This document shows positions 24,434-36,100 of a DNA stretch of 64,000 nt, piece after piece. Positions within the stretch are counted from its first letter, which is position 1. Every line of letters begins with the position of its first letter. The position numbers and the translations under genes were made by a program. The notes under the pieces were generated by a model. The model was not told the DNA's origin, did not search any database, and worked only from the letters and a program-made list of their open reading frames with translations. Origin of the DNA: Octopus vulgaris (Eukaryota); NCBI GenBank assembly GCA_951406725.2, contig OX597815.1, positions 30,008,001 to 30,072,000 of the forward strand, read 5' to 3'.

Positions 24434-25415
24434 AAAAAAAAAAAAAGAAACACAGCAAGCAAAAAATCATCTGGCCACTCGGTAGTCCAGGTCTATTTGG
24501 CAATTCATTCTGAACCCGGAACGCCACAACTTGGAACACAGCTTCCACAAAAATTGGTTAAAGAAGTTGTATCTTCGGTGAATTCATACAATTTTTGAAA
24601 AAAAAAAATTCACTAAAAGTGAACAAATCTTTGGATACGCCCCCAAAACACCAATTCTCACAATTAAGTGAGAAAAAAGCTATCCACTCAACTGCTGGCA
24701 GACCAGAGTCCAGAATCCAGTGAGGACTTCTTGTTTGTAACAAAATAGTTACGGCAACAAAAGTCTTACCTTACAGTTGAGCTTATTTTTTAATCACTAT
24801 TTCACCAGCTTCAAACCTGCATAGTGACTTCTGTTCAGTGGTACGAACAACACTGACAACACGCAAGCGCGGGAAGCAATCTTCTTACTACACAGACATA
24901 CCTGCGCATATATTAGTAATAAATTAAAGGCATTAATAATAAATTTTATCAATGATAAATCAATTGTAAAACTTTTGATAATGAAAGAAACCACCCCCCC
25001 CCACCAATTTCTGAGTATGATTTGGAACATCAGAAAGGACAACAGTCGTTTTGAAAGAACTCAAACCACGTATCGTACCTATCGTTTCTATCACAATAGC
25101 CTCATCAATGATTATAGTACATACTGTCTGTCACCTCTCTTTACTGATAAAAATTATCACTTGTCAACTACGTCTCCAATTTTTACCAGATAATTTAGCC
25201 GGTATTTACTGTTCTACATAATAAAGAATCAATCTCTGATACAATGTTTATGATATGAATAAATAATAAAATATATGAATAATTATGAATTAACGGCCAC
25301 AATTTTAATATAAAGGATATTAGTGCTTATATTATTTCGTATCCCAATACACAGACAAACACACACCCATACATATAGGGAGAGATACACACACACGCAC
25401 ACACACACGCACACA

Positions 25416-25471
<56 letters not shown>

Positions 25472-25493
25472 CACACACATACCTATATATATA

Positions 25494-26300
25494 GGGGAGA
25501 ATTCACAAAAAAAACAACAAAACAAAAGACGAAGACAGGTGGTGTAGGCAACAAAGAGATGTATTAGTTTAACGCTCGGGGTGGGAAAAAGTCTTTAACG
25601 TTTCGAGCCTTCACACTTTAACGTTTCGAGCCTTCACACTTTCACAGAAAGAAACGAGGAGAGAAAATAAATAATGTGTAGTGGTTAGCGATCTATCACG
25701 GCGAATGCCGGACAGAGGGGTCACACAGGAGAGCTAGGAAGAAGGGGAGATATTAAAGTAGTGGTGATCCCAAATCGAAGGTACGCGTTCGTTTCCATGG
25801 CCACTACCGAGACCTGCTGGTAAAAATCACCAGCGAACGAGAAGCAGTTGAGTGACAGGACAAGTTCGGCCAGACGTACGAGTGTGGATGTGTCGGGTTG
25901 AGGGTTGGGTCGAAGGTCAAGGAAATGTTGGAGTGCACGCAGCCCCTCGTGGTGAGGGATCACCGTGAAAAGACCCTGGATGTCGAGGGTGAAGAGAAGT
26001 TTAGAGGAGCCAGGAGGGAAGGAGAAAGAGTTAAACAAACGAAGCGCATGGTTATTGTCATGGATGTTAGAGGGGAGGGAAGCCACTAGGGGGCAAGTAT
26101 ACGGTCAAGATATCTGGAGTTGCTGTCAGAGATGTGGCGGCCAGGGTTGTTATGGTTGTGGATTTTGGGGAGGAAGTAAATTGTGGGGGTGCGGACAATG
26201 AGGGTGGAGGCCGTGGGGGAGACGAGAGGAGGTGATGAGGTCATGGATAGTGGAGGACACAGTCTGTTGGTAGCTGGGTGTATGTAGACGTGTGTATGAA
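25494..26300 (-). mobile_element. Penelope-like element, internally deleted (RT fragment joined to the 3' terminus)
   Basis: YQQTVSSTIHDLI...LLFTLDIQGLFTVIPHHEGLRALQHFL...LAELVLSLNCFSFAGDFYQQVSVVAMET carries the PLE RT motifs DxxxL(Y/F)TxIP and (G)xAMGT. The terminus is shared with 44164 and abuts (TA)n. Confidence 0.9.
25790..26086 (-). pseudogene. PLE reverse transcriptase fragment
   Basis: ORF track 25721-26086; RT similarity ends at AMET, before the catalytic DD motif. Confidence 0.88.
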
Positions 26301-26479
26301 CCTTTACGGTGCGCGCGTGTGTGGGTTTGTATGTATATGCATATACATTTGGCGAAGGATGCGAGTGAGGATGTGTACGTTTTCAAGTGAGGGTGGATGA
26401 ATGTATGCGCATGCACGTAGGTGTGCGGGCGCACATGTGTAGATATGAACAGGCGCGCTTACGCAAAAACTATGAACTT

Positions 26480-26766
26480 TTTACCCCCTTATTTACTTCC
26501 TTACTTAGCGGTCATTCGAATAGCTCTTTTGTCTTAATAGCGGTCAATAACACAGTAATTTCCCTTTGTATAACGGTCACTTTTCATAGCGTTTTTCCGA
26601 TGGCCGGATAACGGAAGAGATGGTGGCGTGGATTTCCACCTCGGCATTGGGAAACTTGGACTTATATCATGGCTACCGAATAATTGTCACATATTACATT
26701 TACAGATGAATTTCTCTATTTACATAATATCGAGGTCTCTTCCTTTTGTTATCTGACCGTTTTTAT

Positions 26767-26769
<3 letters not shown>
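26480..26769 (+). mobile_element. PLE-type 3' terminus of the same family as 4878-5102, with a decayed hammerhead
   Basis: GCCGGATAA-CGGAAGA-GATGGTGGCGTGGATTTCCACCTCGGCAT..GAAAC; ends TTTTATCAA-(TA)n exactly as the 4878 copy does. The 5' boundary is approximate. Confidence 0.7.
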
Positions 26770-26815
<46 letters not shown>

Positions 26816-26816
<1 letters not shown>

Positions 26817-27065
26817 TGTTATATTTCGGAATGGTCATATTGCCAGTTTAGCCAATAAAAACACACGCACTATATATTTGGTGTTATTTTGCTTCAGTGA
26901 TATTTATTTTTTACATTAATCTGAAGCAAAATAACACCAAATATATAGTGCGTGTGTTTTTATTGGCTAAACTGGCAATATGACCATTCCGAAATATAAC
27001 AATATCTGTTTCAACACACGACTTCACATAAAAAATCTTGCACAACAAATATTTAAACGTACAAT
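26816..27065. mobile_element. Fold-back insert next to (TA)n with perfect 82-bp arms
   Basis: 26816-26897 is the exact reverse complement of 26921-27002; 23-nt spacer; unpaired extension to ~27065. Confidence 0.7.
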
Positions 27066-27315
27066 ATATATATCCATATATACATATGCGTGAGTATGTG
27101 CTTATATATGTGTAGGGGTTATATATATAAGCATATTCAAGCATAGTATTAGCAACACAATATTGTTTCGCATCAGTACCTGCAGTTGGGTTAATAGCCG
27201 ACTTGATAGCCTGGACCCTATGCTCCATAGCACCTGTAGCATCAATCCCCATACTCTTACTGCTATAACTCTCCTCTTCCCCCTGTTGCTGCTGCTGCTA
27301 CCACTACTACTGCTA

Positions 27316-27546
27316 CCTATTTCTTTACTACCCACGAGGGGCTACACACAGAGGGGACAAACAAGGACAGACAAACGGATTAAGTCGATTAGATTGACCC
27401 CAGTGCGTAACTGGTACCTATTTAATCGACTCCGAAAGGATGAAAGGCAAAGTGGACCTCGGCGGAATTTGAACTCAGAACGTAGCGGCAGACGAAATAC
27501 CGCTGAGCATTTCACTCGGCGTGCTAACGTTTCTGCCAGCTCGCCG

Positions 27547-27547
<1 letters not shown>
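27316..27547 (-). mobile_element. SINE family A monomer (tail A1) embedded in a (CTA/CTG)n array
   Basis: Near-identical to 12452-12684; flanked by CTA/CTG repeats (27548-27807). Confidence 0.92.
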
Positions 27548-27626
<79 letters not shown>

Positions 27627-27742
27627 ACTACTACTACCACTACTACTGCTGCTGCTGCTGTTGCTGCTACTACTACTACTACTACTACTACTCCTACTAC
27701 CACTCTTATTACTACTACTGCTGCTGCTACTACTACTACCAT

Positions 27743-27807
<65 letters not shown>

Positions 27808-28460
27808 GCGTGGACTCAGTTGTAACAGCCATAATCTTTTACGAAAGTGGACAGTATGAATCGTAAAAGATACCAAGCTTAGAAATAGAAGCTATGCTGC
27901 ATTATGAGCAATTTGTTTTGCAGTAAGAATTTCATGTATACTTTGAATTCAAAATCTACAGTGTTTTAACATTACTTTTCATCTCTCTAGAATAAGTGAA
28001 ATACATAACAGTCAATTCATTCGATTATAAAGGAAATACTCTCTGTGCCAATTGAAAAGAATTTATTATGTTTACAATCTTAAACCACCATTAGCAGTCT
28101 CTCTATTAACGTTACTTGTTAGAGCAGAGCATTGTATTATATATATACGTGGTTAGAATGAAGTCCTGAATAATAGTTGAAATGGTTAACTCATGAATTA
28201 GAGATGTTAGCGAGAAACTTCTAAAATTTTGGTATGGAATTGTGAACGAGAATTCAGTAAAATGTAGTTCTTATAAATCAAGGAAAATTACTTCCAACGA
28301 TATGGATATCACAATAGAAGTAGATTTGTTATTCGCATCCGCTAAAACGAATATTTTTGGATAATGCTAAAAATCAGTTTTGGTATTCCACTATTTAGCC
28401 TCTATAAATAGACACGTAAAGCACATAGTGCGGTTTAGATCTATTAGTGTTCGTGTATAA

Positions 28461-28757
28461 TCTTTATATATAAAATTGAAGTTGTGTGTCTGTCTCCTAC
28501 GATTTAGATTCCTAACTACTCCCACATTTTGCGGTGCAGTGTAACCAAAAGCGGGTATCTTATAGTCGTGATTCATATCGAGCCCTTCTGGGTATTAGCG
28601 CGCGTCTACGATGAGTCTACGATTTAAAAAAAATTTACCATCATTTTTTCCCATTTTTAATGCATTTTTTGGTATTATATAAGGGAAGTAACTCTCCAAA
28701 AATGCTTATATAGTTATTTCCCTTACAAACTCGAGCAACGCCGGGCGATGCTGCTAG
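28461..28757 (+). mobile_element. Non-autonomous Helitron
   Basis: A|TC 5' end (TCTTTATATATAAAA), subterminal imperfect hairpin CTCGAGCAACGCCGGG, CTAG|T 3' end and no TSD. Ends are shared with 58175-58554. Confidence 0.85.
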
Positions 28758-28934
28758 TAATAAATAGTTATAAGCTATTATTTTCTCCGTGATCCGTAAA
28801 CAGACGTGTGATGAAGCACTAGAAACGCTGAGAGGAATCAGGCCGATCTCTTCTTCGTCACACACAGCAAAAGCCCGAATATCGGCTTTACACTGGAAGC
28901 CTAAAAAAATATTTGTTTACCAAAAACAGATATA

Positions 28935-29351
28935 GGCGCAGGAGTGGCTGTGTGGTAAGTAGCTTGCTAACCAACCACATGGTTCCGGGTTCAGTCTCAC
29001 TGCGTGGCACCTTGGGCAAGTGTCTTCTGCTATAGCCCCGGGCCGACCAATGCCTTGTGAGTGGATTTGGTAGACGGAAACTGAAAAGAAGCCTGTCGTA
29101 TATATGTATATATATATATGTGTGTGTGTATGTGTTTGTGTGTCTGTGTTTGTCTCCCTAGCATTGCTTGACAACCGATGCTGGTGTGTTTATGTCCTCT
29201 TCATTTAACGGTTCGGCAAAAGAGTCCCGATAGAATAAGTACTGGGCTTACGAAGAATAAGTCCCAGGGTCGATTTGCTCGACTAAAGGCGGTGCTCAAG
29301 CATGGCCGCAGTCAAATGACTGAAACAAGTAAAAGAGTAAAGAGAAAAGAG
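28935..29351 (+). mobile_element. SINE family B, full-length reference copy (tRNA-like head, CORE-like segment, internal TA/TG tract; probably one of the described octopus OR/OK-type SINEs)
   Basis: Box A TGGCTGTGTGGTAAG, box B-like GGGTTCAGTC, CORE-like ACCTTGGGCAAGTG and (AAAAGAGT)n tail; about ten copies or fragments in the window. Confidence 0.93.
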
Positions 29352-30091
29352 TATACATAAGTCTATCTTACACCTCGCTTTTTTTTTTACTGCTGGTACC
29401 CATGAAACAAAAATACCATATTGAACAACTTAAAACTCGTAATATTTTATATCAATGTCACACACAGATGACGAATATATCCAAAACCAATTTGATTAGC
29501 TTTAAATTCAATACTACTATCATAACATTTTGTCATAACAATCTTACTATCGATTTATCAAATGACTTTAAGCTATCTTTAGCTCGCGATAGGAAATTAT
29601 ATATATTGGCGATTCACTTCGAAATAGATCTGCGTTCAATTTTTATAAAATGTAACTTTCCATCTGAATAAACATCTAACAACATCAACAACGTCATAGA
29701 TAATAGTCTATTCTGGTGAAGCACAACACATGAGAGTTGTATAAGTAACTGAATAGATTTACACATCAGCTTGATGTTAATGTGAACGATCCTTCAGAAG
29801 TTGTTGAATTATTGGCGTAGAAGCTTTTAGTTCCATCGTTACGATGGAACTAAAATCATAACTGAAGGAGGTTAAAGAGAAAAAAAGATTTAAGTGAGAC
29901 CTCCAGATTATTATCAAATGTAACTGAAGAAAATAGTTTCAGCTGAGAATTCAAACCATTGGACACGATTGGCTGGACACTCACCTCTTACTCTACGACC
30001 CCCGCTATACACTAGTAGCAATAATTATAAGTTATATATAGGATCCTAGGAAAATTTGATTATCGGATGGTTCGGGATATATATACATATA

Positions 30092-30249
30092 CATTTCTTT
30101 ACTACCCACAAGGGGCTAAATACAGAGGAGACAAACGAGGACAGACAGACGGATTAAATCGATTATATCGACCCCAGTGCGTAACTGGTACTCAGTTTAT
30201 CGACCCCGAAAGGATGAAAGGCAAAGTCGACCTCGGCGGAATTTGAACT
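30092..30249 (-). mobile_element. SINE family A (tail A1), 5'-truncated
   Basis: TTTCTTTACTACCCACAAGGGGCT..GACCTCGGCGGAATTTGAAC. Confidence 0.9.
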
Positions 30250-30252
30250 TTG

Positions 30253-30294
<42 letters not shown>

Positions 30295-30307
30295 AATATA
30301 TATATAT

Positions 30308-30344
<37 letters not shown>

Positions 30345-30505
30345 GTGTGTGGTGTGTGTGTGTGTGTGCGTGTGTGTGTGTGCGTTTATGTATGTAGTAT
30401 GTATGTATATAATAATAATAATGATAATAATAATAATAATAGTTGTAGTAGTAGTAGTGGTAGTAGTAGTAGTAGTAGTTGTAGTAGTTGTAGTAGTAGT
30501 AGTAG

Positions 30506-30770
30506 TAATTTCTTAAGTAACCAGAAGATGGATCTGATATTAATCTTTATTTTGTACAACGGTCGTTTTGACCCACCCTGCTACTGTTTCTTATGAGTGG
30601 GACTCTGTTCAACATGTTGTGTTACAGCCATTTTGCAGTCTGGGTCTCATCTCGTAATGCATACATAGAGCTGTGTATCCCACCGATGAGGGACAGTAGC
30701 AGGACGGGTCGAAACGACCGTCGTATAAAATAAACATTAATACCACATCCATCTTCTGGTTACTTAAGAA

Positions 30771-30774
<4 letters not shown>
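30506..30774. mobile_element. Older fold-back element between (TAG)n and (ATT)n with a PLE-terminus-like arm
   Basis: ~97-bp diverged arms at 30506-30602 and 30678-30774. The right arm has CCGATGA..GAAACGACCGTC..AATAAA. Confidence 0.7.
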
Positions 30775-30805
<31 letters not shown>

Positions 30806-30826
30806 TATTATTATTATTATTATTAA

Positions 30827-30895
<69 letters not shown>

Positions 30896-31045
30896 CTCAT
30901 CTAACACTGCGAAGTTCCTGAAGTAGAACCAACGGAAATATACCCCAACTACGGATGGAACCAGGTAGCCCAAACTTAGCCAGTGCTCTACTCAACACTT
31001 CAACACACTAATCGACATATATCCATTAGTCCAAAATATTAAAAT

Positions 31046-31130
<85 letters not shown>

Positions 31131-31136
31131 GTATAT

Positions 31137-31668
31137 AGTTCAGCCTTTCTGCTAATACCGACAGGTCAGTAAAAACATATTCTCGCCTTGAACTTAAAAT
31201 ATTCTGAGATGTATAAAAAATCCATTTTAATTTTTGCTGTCAAAAGGCTGTATATATATACCAAAGATTGTATATATATACATGTAATGTGACAATTTGC
31301 GACAACCAATAATTAACGCAACCAATTCCCAATAATATATTTGTTTTATCCTTTTCTGCCAAATTTTCCCAAATATTCTCATCACACTATTGAACTTCTC
31401 TGTTACCAAACACTATATTTATACATGTAATGTGACAATTATGTACAAAAAAACATTTTTGAATTCATAATATCCAATGTGACAATTATGTAAAAAACTT
31501 TTTTGAATGCATAATATTCAATGTGACAATTATGTAAAAAACTTTTTTTGAACCCATATTATTCAATGTTTCCTTAAATGTAACTTTTGACAATCTTTTA
31601 CCAAAGAGTGAAACCGGTTAAGTAAATAAACATCGTTTAAATTGCATTTTCAAACCTTTTTTCTTATA
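31137..31668 (+). mobile_element. Insert in (TA)n with ~45-bp tandem repeats and a hammerhead-like terminus (PLE-type)
   Basis: Three ATGTGACAATTATGTA.. units at ~31430-31565, then ACTT-TTGACAA-TCTTT tacc AAAGA gt-GAAA-CCGG-TT-AAGT at 31583-31623 followed by AATAAA. Confidence 0.55.
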
Positions 31669-31671
31669 TGT

Positions 31672-31748
<77 letters not shown>

Positions 31749-32734
31749 CATATACATATATATATATATGTGTGTGTGTGCGTATATATATATATATATG
31801 TAGTCACCTGAATCTCTTCTATGCAACGAAAGAAATACTAGGAAGGGTCTGAGAAAACCATTGGTCGTCCACCTCGGCAGCCAGTGAGAAGAAGCAGTTC
31901 AAAAGTGGAATAAATTTATCTCCGCGAGGAGAAAAAGAATCTATTCCATTTTTTTAAAAAACTGAATCTATCCCAGGTATATCACGGGTATCAATTTAAT
32001 CGATTTCTCAATCTTAACCCGCGAACAACAAAAGTAAATAGTGTAAAGCATTTCTCAGGTGATTAGAAAGCTAATATCGCTAACAAGAAGAAGAACATTA
32101 ATACGAAATATGATTGTAAACGTTACGCTTAGATAGTTGCTCTTCCGAAGGGGGAATCTGCTAAGCTGGATCAACTTATGCCTTTCTTTCACATTAATTA
32201 CGATATTAAATTATTTTTCATTGTCCTTAAATATGCCTGTTTGTTAAGATATGTACAAAGCATTTTCCATGTAACACAAAGGCAGTATAGTATGGTCAAA
32301 ACAGGAAACGGAAATTCATATCTGAATATTAATAATCCTATGAACAATATAACTTAATATTACGAAATATGACGAAAAGAGTACGATATTCATCATAAAG
32401 AAACAATGTGTCAGAAAGAGATCAAGAGGAACAGAGAGGAGGGCGTCGAGGGAGGCTTTCAGGCATAAACAGGAAGGAACAATTCATTTTAAATTACAAT
32501 ATAAATGACTGAGTAATCGTCTTTATTTGCCGGTTCCAGTTAGTTAAGCGTGATAGTGACAAACTCGTAATAATATATCTGTGAAGAACAAGGGGTTGAG
32601 GAGGACTATATGTTAATGCATAAATATATGAATGTATGTTCATGTAGTGAACATGCGCACAGGAATAAGAATGAATTCCTGAACACACACACACACATAC
32701 ACGTTGATATATATATATATGTACATATATAAAC

Positions 32735-32856
<122 letters not shown>

Positions 32857-33094
32857 GCATATATATATATATATAATACATACATGTATATATACATATC
32901 TATATATATGGCATATATACACACATACGCACACACACACATATCTATGCACATATACATTTGTTAGTGTTGAGAACGATGTATGCATGCGCACGTACTT
33001 TTGCTTGCATAAATAAACCTAAGATGTTATTGGAAACTCATATGTGCCTGTATATACGTATACATGCAAGAATGCATTCATATAAGTATGATTT

Positions 33095-33174
<80 letters not shown>

Positions 33175-36100
33175 AGCACACAAAGTTATACACGAAAGCA
33201 CACAAATATTGTTATTGAAACCTTAGCAAGTAACGTTAAGAAACACTCTTCTTAGCAATGTTTTTACTACGCATGAATAACAAAAAACATCATTATATCT
33301 ACGTAGACAATACATTGGACCTACTAGCTTAATGATTATGATGGTGATAATAGTAATAACATTAATAATAATAACGTTAAGCATATTTGTTATTTTACTC
33401 TATATTTCATTTTGCTAAATTATTTTGCAGAAATCGTCCCGAATATGATATGTATATCCACTTTGTCTTTTCTTGAAATATTTTTTTTTTACTCTTGAGT
33501 TTGAAAACTGAAAAACTGACATGAAGAAATCTGATTATTTGTATGTAAACTGGAGAAATACTAAAGAATTAATGCTAACTTCGACTCTAACGCAGCATCA
33601 TAAAATTTGTGCATTTTTTCCATGAGGAATTTCAGCTCTTGAAGAACTGGTAATTCTTTTTTATAGGCTATAGAAACCTGGTGTATTACAGCCAAGGCAC
33701 CATCTCACTATTTGCATATGTTCTATACCATCTTAAAACCGTCTGCTTGGCAAACTTCCAACTTCCGTCGTGTTACATCTTTTCTTTGTTTTGACTTTTT
33801 TCTTAAAGAACTCGTTCTGCCGCTATTCCTCTGAATTTGCCAAATCAGTGCAAATCGTACATAAGCACAGCTTGCCTTCACAGGGCACTCCTTATAGCGC
33901 CCCACATACGAAATATATTTCCCCAGAATGCTTGCGTATTACTACACCTATTTGCCAATGATAATTTTTCTACGACCTCCAGAAACCACAAACTTGCATC
34001 AATTTCAACTTCATATTAAACTTTAAATCATCAATTAATTATCCTTATCCTCTTATCCGGGAGAGAATGAAATCAGGGCTGATTCCCATTCTCTTCGGAG
34101 AGAAGCATAAAACTGCAGTAGTATATGTGCTGCCCAGGAGCAATAATGCGGTTGTAATAAAAGGTCATTTAACGTGTTCATTCTCATCTATTTAAATGTG
34201 AGCTATGTGCACTCAAAATGCTTACATCTAATGTATTAAAGATAAGGAGCTTGGATGAAATTTTGCAGATATGGCGGAATATAATCTAAGAATAAACTGT
34301 TTTTATTTAATAAGTTGAACTGAGTTTCTAAAAGATGTCATTTCGCTTCCTTTCGCATTGATATCGGAGGAATATACATTGGAATGTATTTTTCTATCTA
34401 TACTACAACCTTTAGACCTTATGTCTTTTCAATAAATATGATGATTTAAGAAACTTATCTATGCACAATAGGAGTGTAGATATTCTCTTAAAGGTTATGT
34501 TGCCAAGCCAAGATGAATATAAAGGATTGAACTAAATATTTTCTATTTATCACTAACCAGTTATATATTATATTTCTAGTCAAGGTGTCGAGTTATAGTT
34601 AAGCCCTTTTCTTGTATAACTATGAGTAAGATATTGTTTACTGTAGCATAGGAACTAGTATTCAGATTTTATAGAATTAAAGCCAGCCCATTTTCTTGAA
34701 TACATCTGCTCTTCTACTGGATAAAATCTGAGGTTATTGTATCTCCTTTCGTTTACTGATTGGCCTTCTACACATAAAAACAACTATGAACATTATTTCT
34801 TATATGGACTCAAAATCTCCGATTTAAAGAAGAGGAGGGGAAAATGGCTGAAAATCATACATCCTTCTTTACATTCACCTGCATCATCTTTTCTATCATC
34901 GATACAATCCTTCCTTTGCAATAATAATATTCAAAACAATTATCCAACAAGACAACCTAGATCTGCTAGAAATTGCCACCAGATGCTCTTCAATTGCCTT
35001 TGGTCATATTAATTCTCTCGATCAGTACTAACATCGGCGAGTCAGCATCATACACGAAATTAAATGATTACAATATCAAACCGAAACTCCGTCAGTGTCT
35101 CTACTTGTTGAAAATCCGTGTGTTGAAGGACTGTGCTTTGCACACTCCTCTGGTCAACCGGAAGTTTATAAACTTTGATTGACGGAAACTTTGTGGATGT
35201 CAGTTGTATAAGTCGACATCTGCACAGTTTCCGCTGCACTGTTTCTGAATGAGTGACTTAATCTGCCAAATACTTGATTCCTGCGTTTCTTTAATGGCGT
35301 CCATTCTGTTGAGAGTACTCAGGTTTTGGTCAGGTGATAATTTCCTTCCATCAGAGGCCACGTCATAGACCACGTCTTCCATTCTCTGATTGAGCCGTAG
35401 AAACTAACAAAATTGGCCCTGGTGCACAATACGTGGTAACTTAAAAATATGTTTGCAGTGGTAAAATCGTTAGGGTATTGAATAATGTGTGGTGTGATAT
35501 TTGTTCCTTCTCTATGGAATTTACGTTCAAATTCCACTGAGATCAACTTTTCATTTCATTCTCTTGGCATCGATAAATAAAGTACCAAACCAGTGTTTGT
35601 GCAACCCTCACTCCCTCTAGTTTTCACTTGGATATTTTCACTAGTGTCAAGTTTGTAAGGGACGAGAGGATCACGACTACATGGGCACCTAAAACAAGCA
35701 GTGAAAGCATGGTACACGTTAGCAACTCATCCTTGATTGCATGGAATGTCTGTTGTTTAATTCGATATAACAAATGATTTCTTGTATAAATATGGCTACT
35801 GATTATATATGGGGATTGTAAAGGGATCAAGGTTTTACATGTTTTGTACCGTTAAAAGGTAACATGAAACGGCACTACCGTTTTATAAAAACGAGCCTTG
35901 CAGATCGTCCGATTATCTCGAGGCTCACTTGGATCCAACGATCAGAGCACTTATTTGCATTTTACTGGACAGTTGTAATTGTTATATATTTCTGAGGCAG
36001 TATTAATGTTGAGAAATCTCTTTTCATAAGTTTCAAATAAACGGCACATTGGAAGACCGAGATGATGACGAGACGATGCCGCTGCTATGCACACACGCAT

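Noticed and set aside
31278-31566. CRISPR-like repeat-spacer array
   Set aside because: The intervening sequences are homologous to each other, there are no cas genes, and the context is eukaryotic.
35200-35382. 60-aa minus-strand ORF (MEDVVYDVASDG...) as a host exon
   Set aside because: No recognisable domain or convincing splice pair, and it ends in a SINE remnant.
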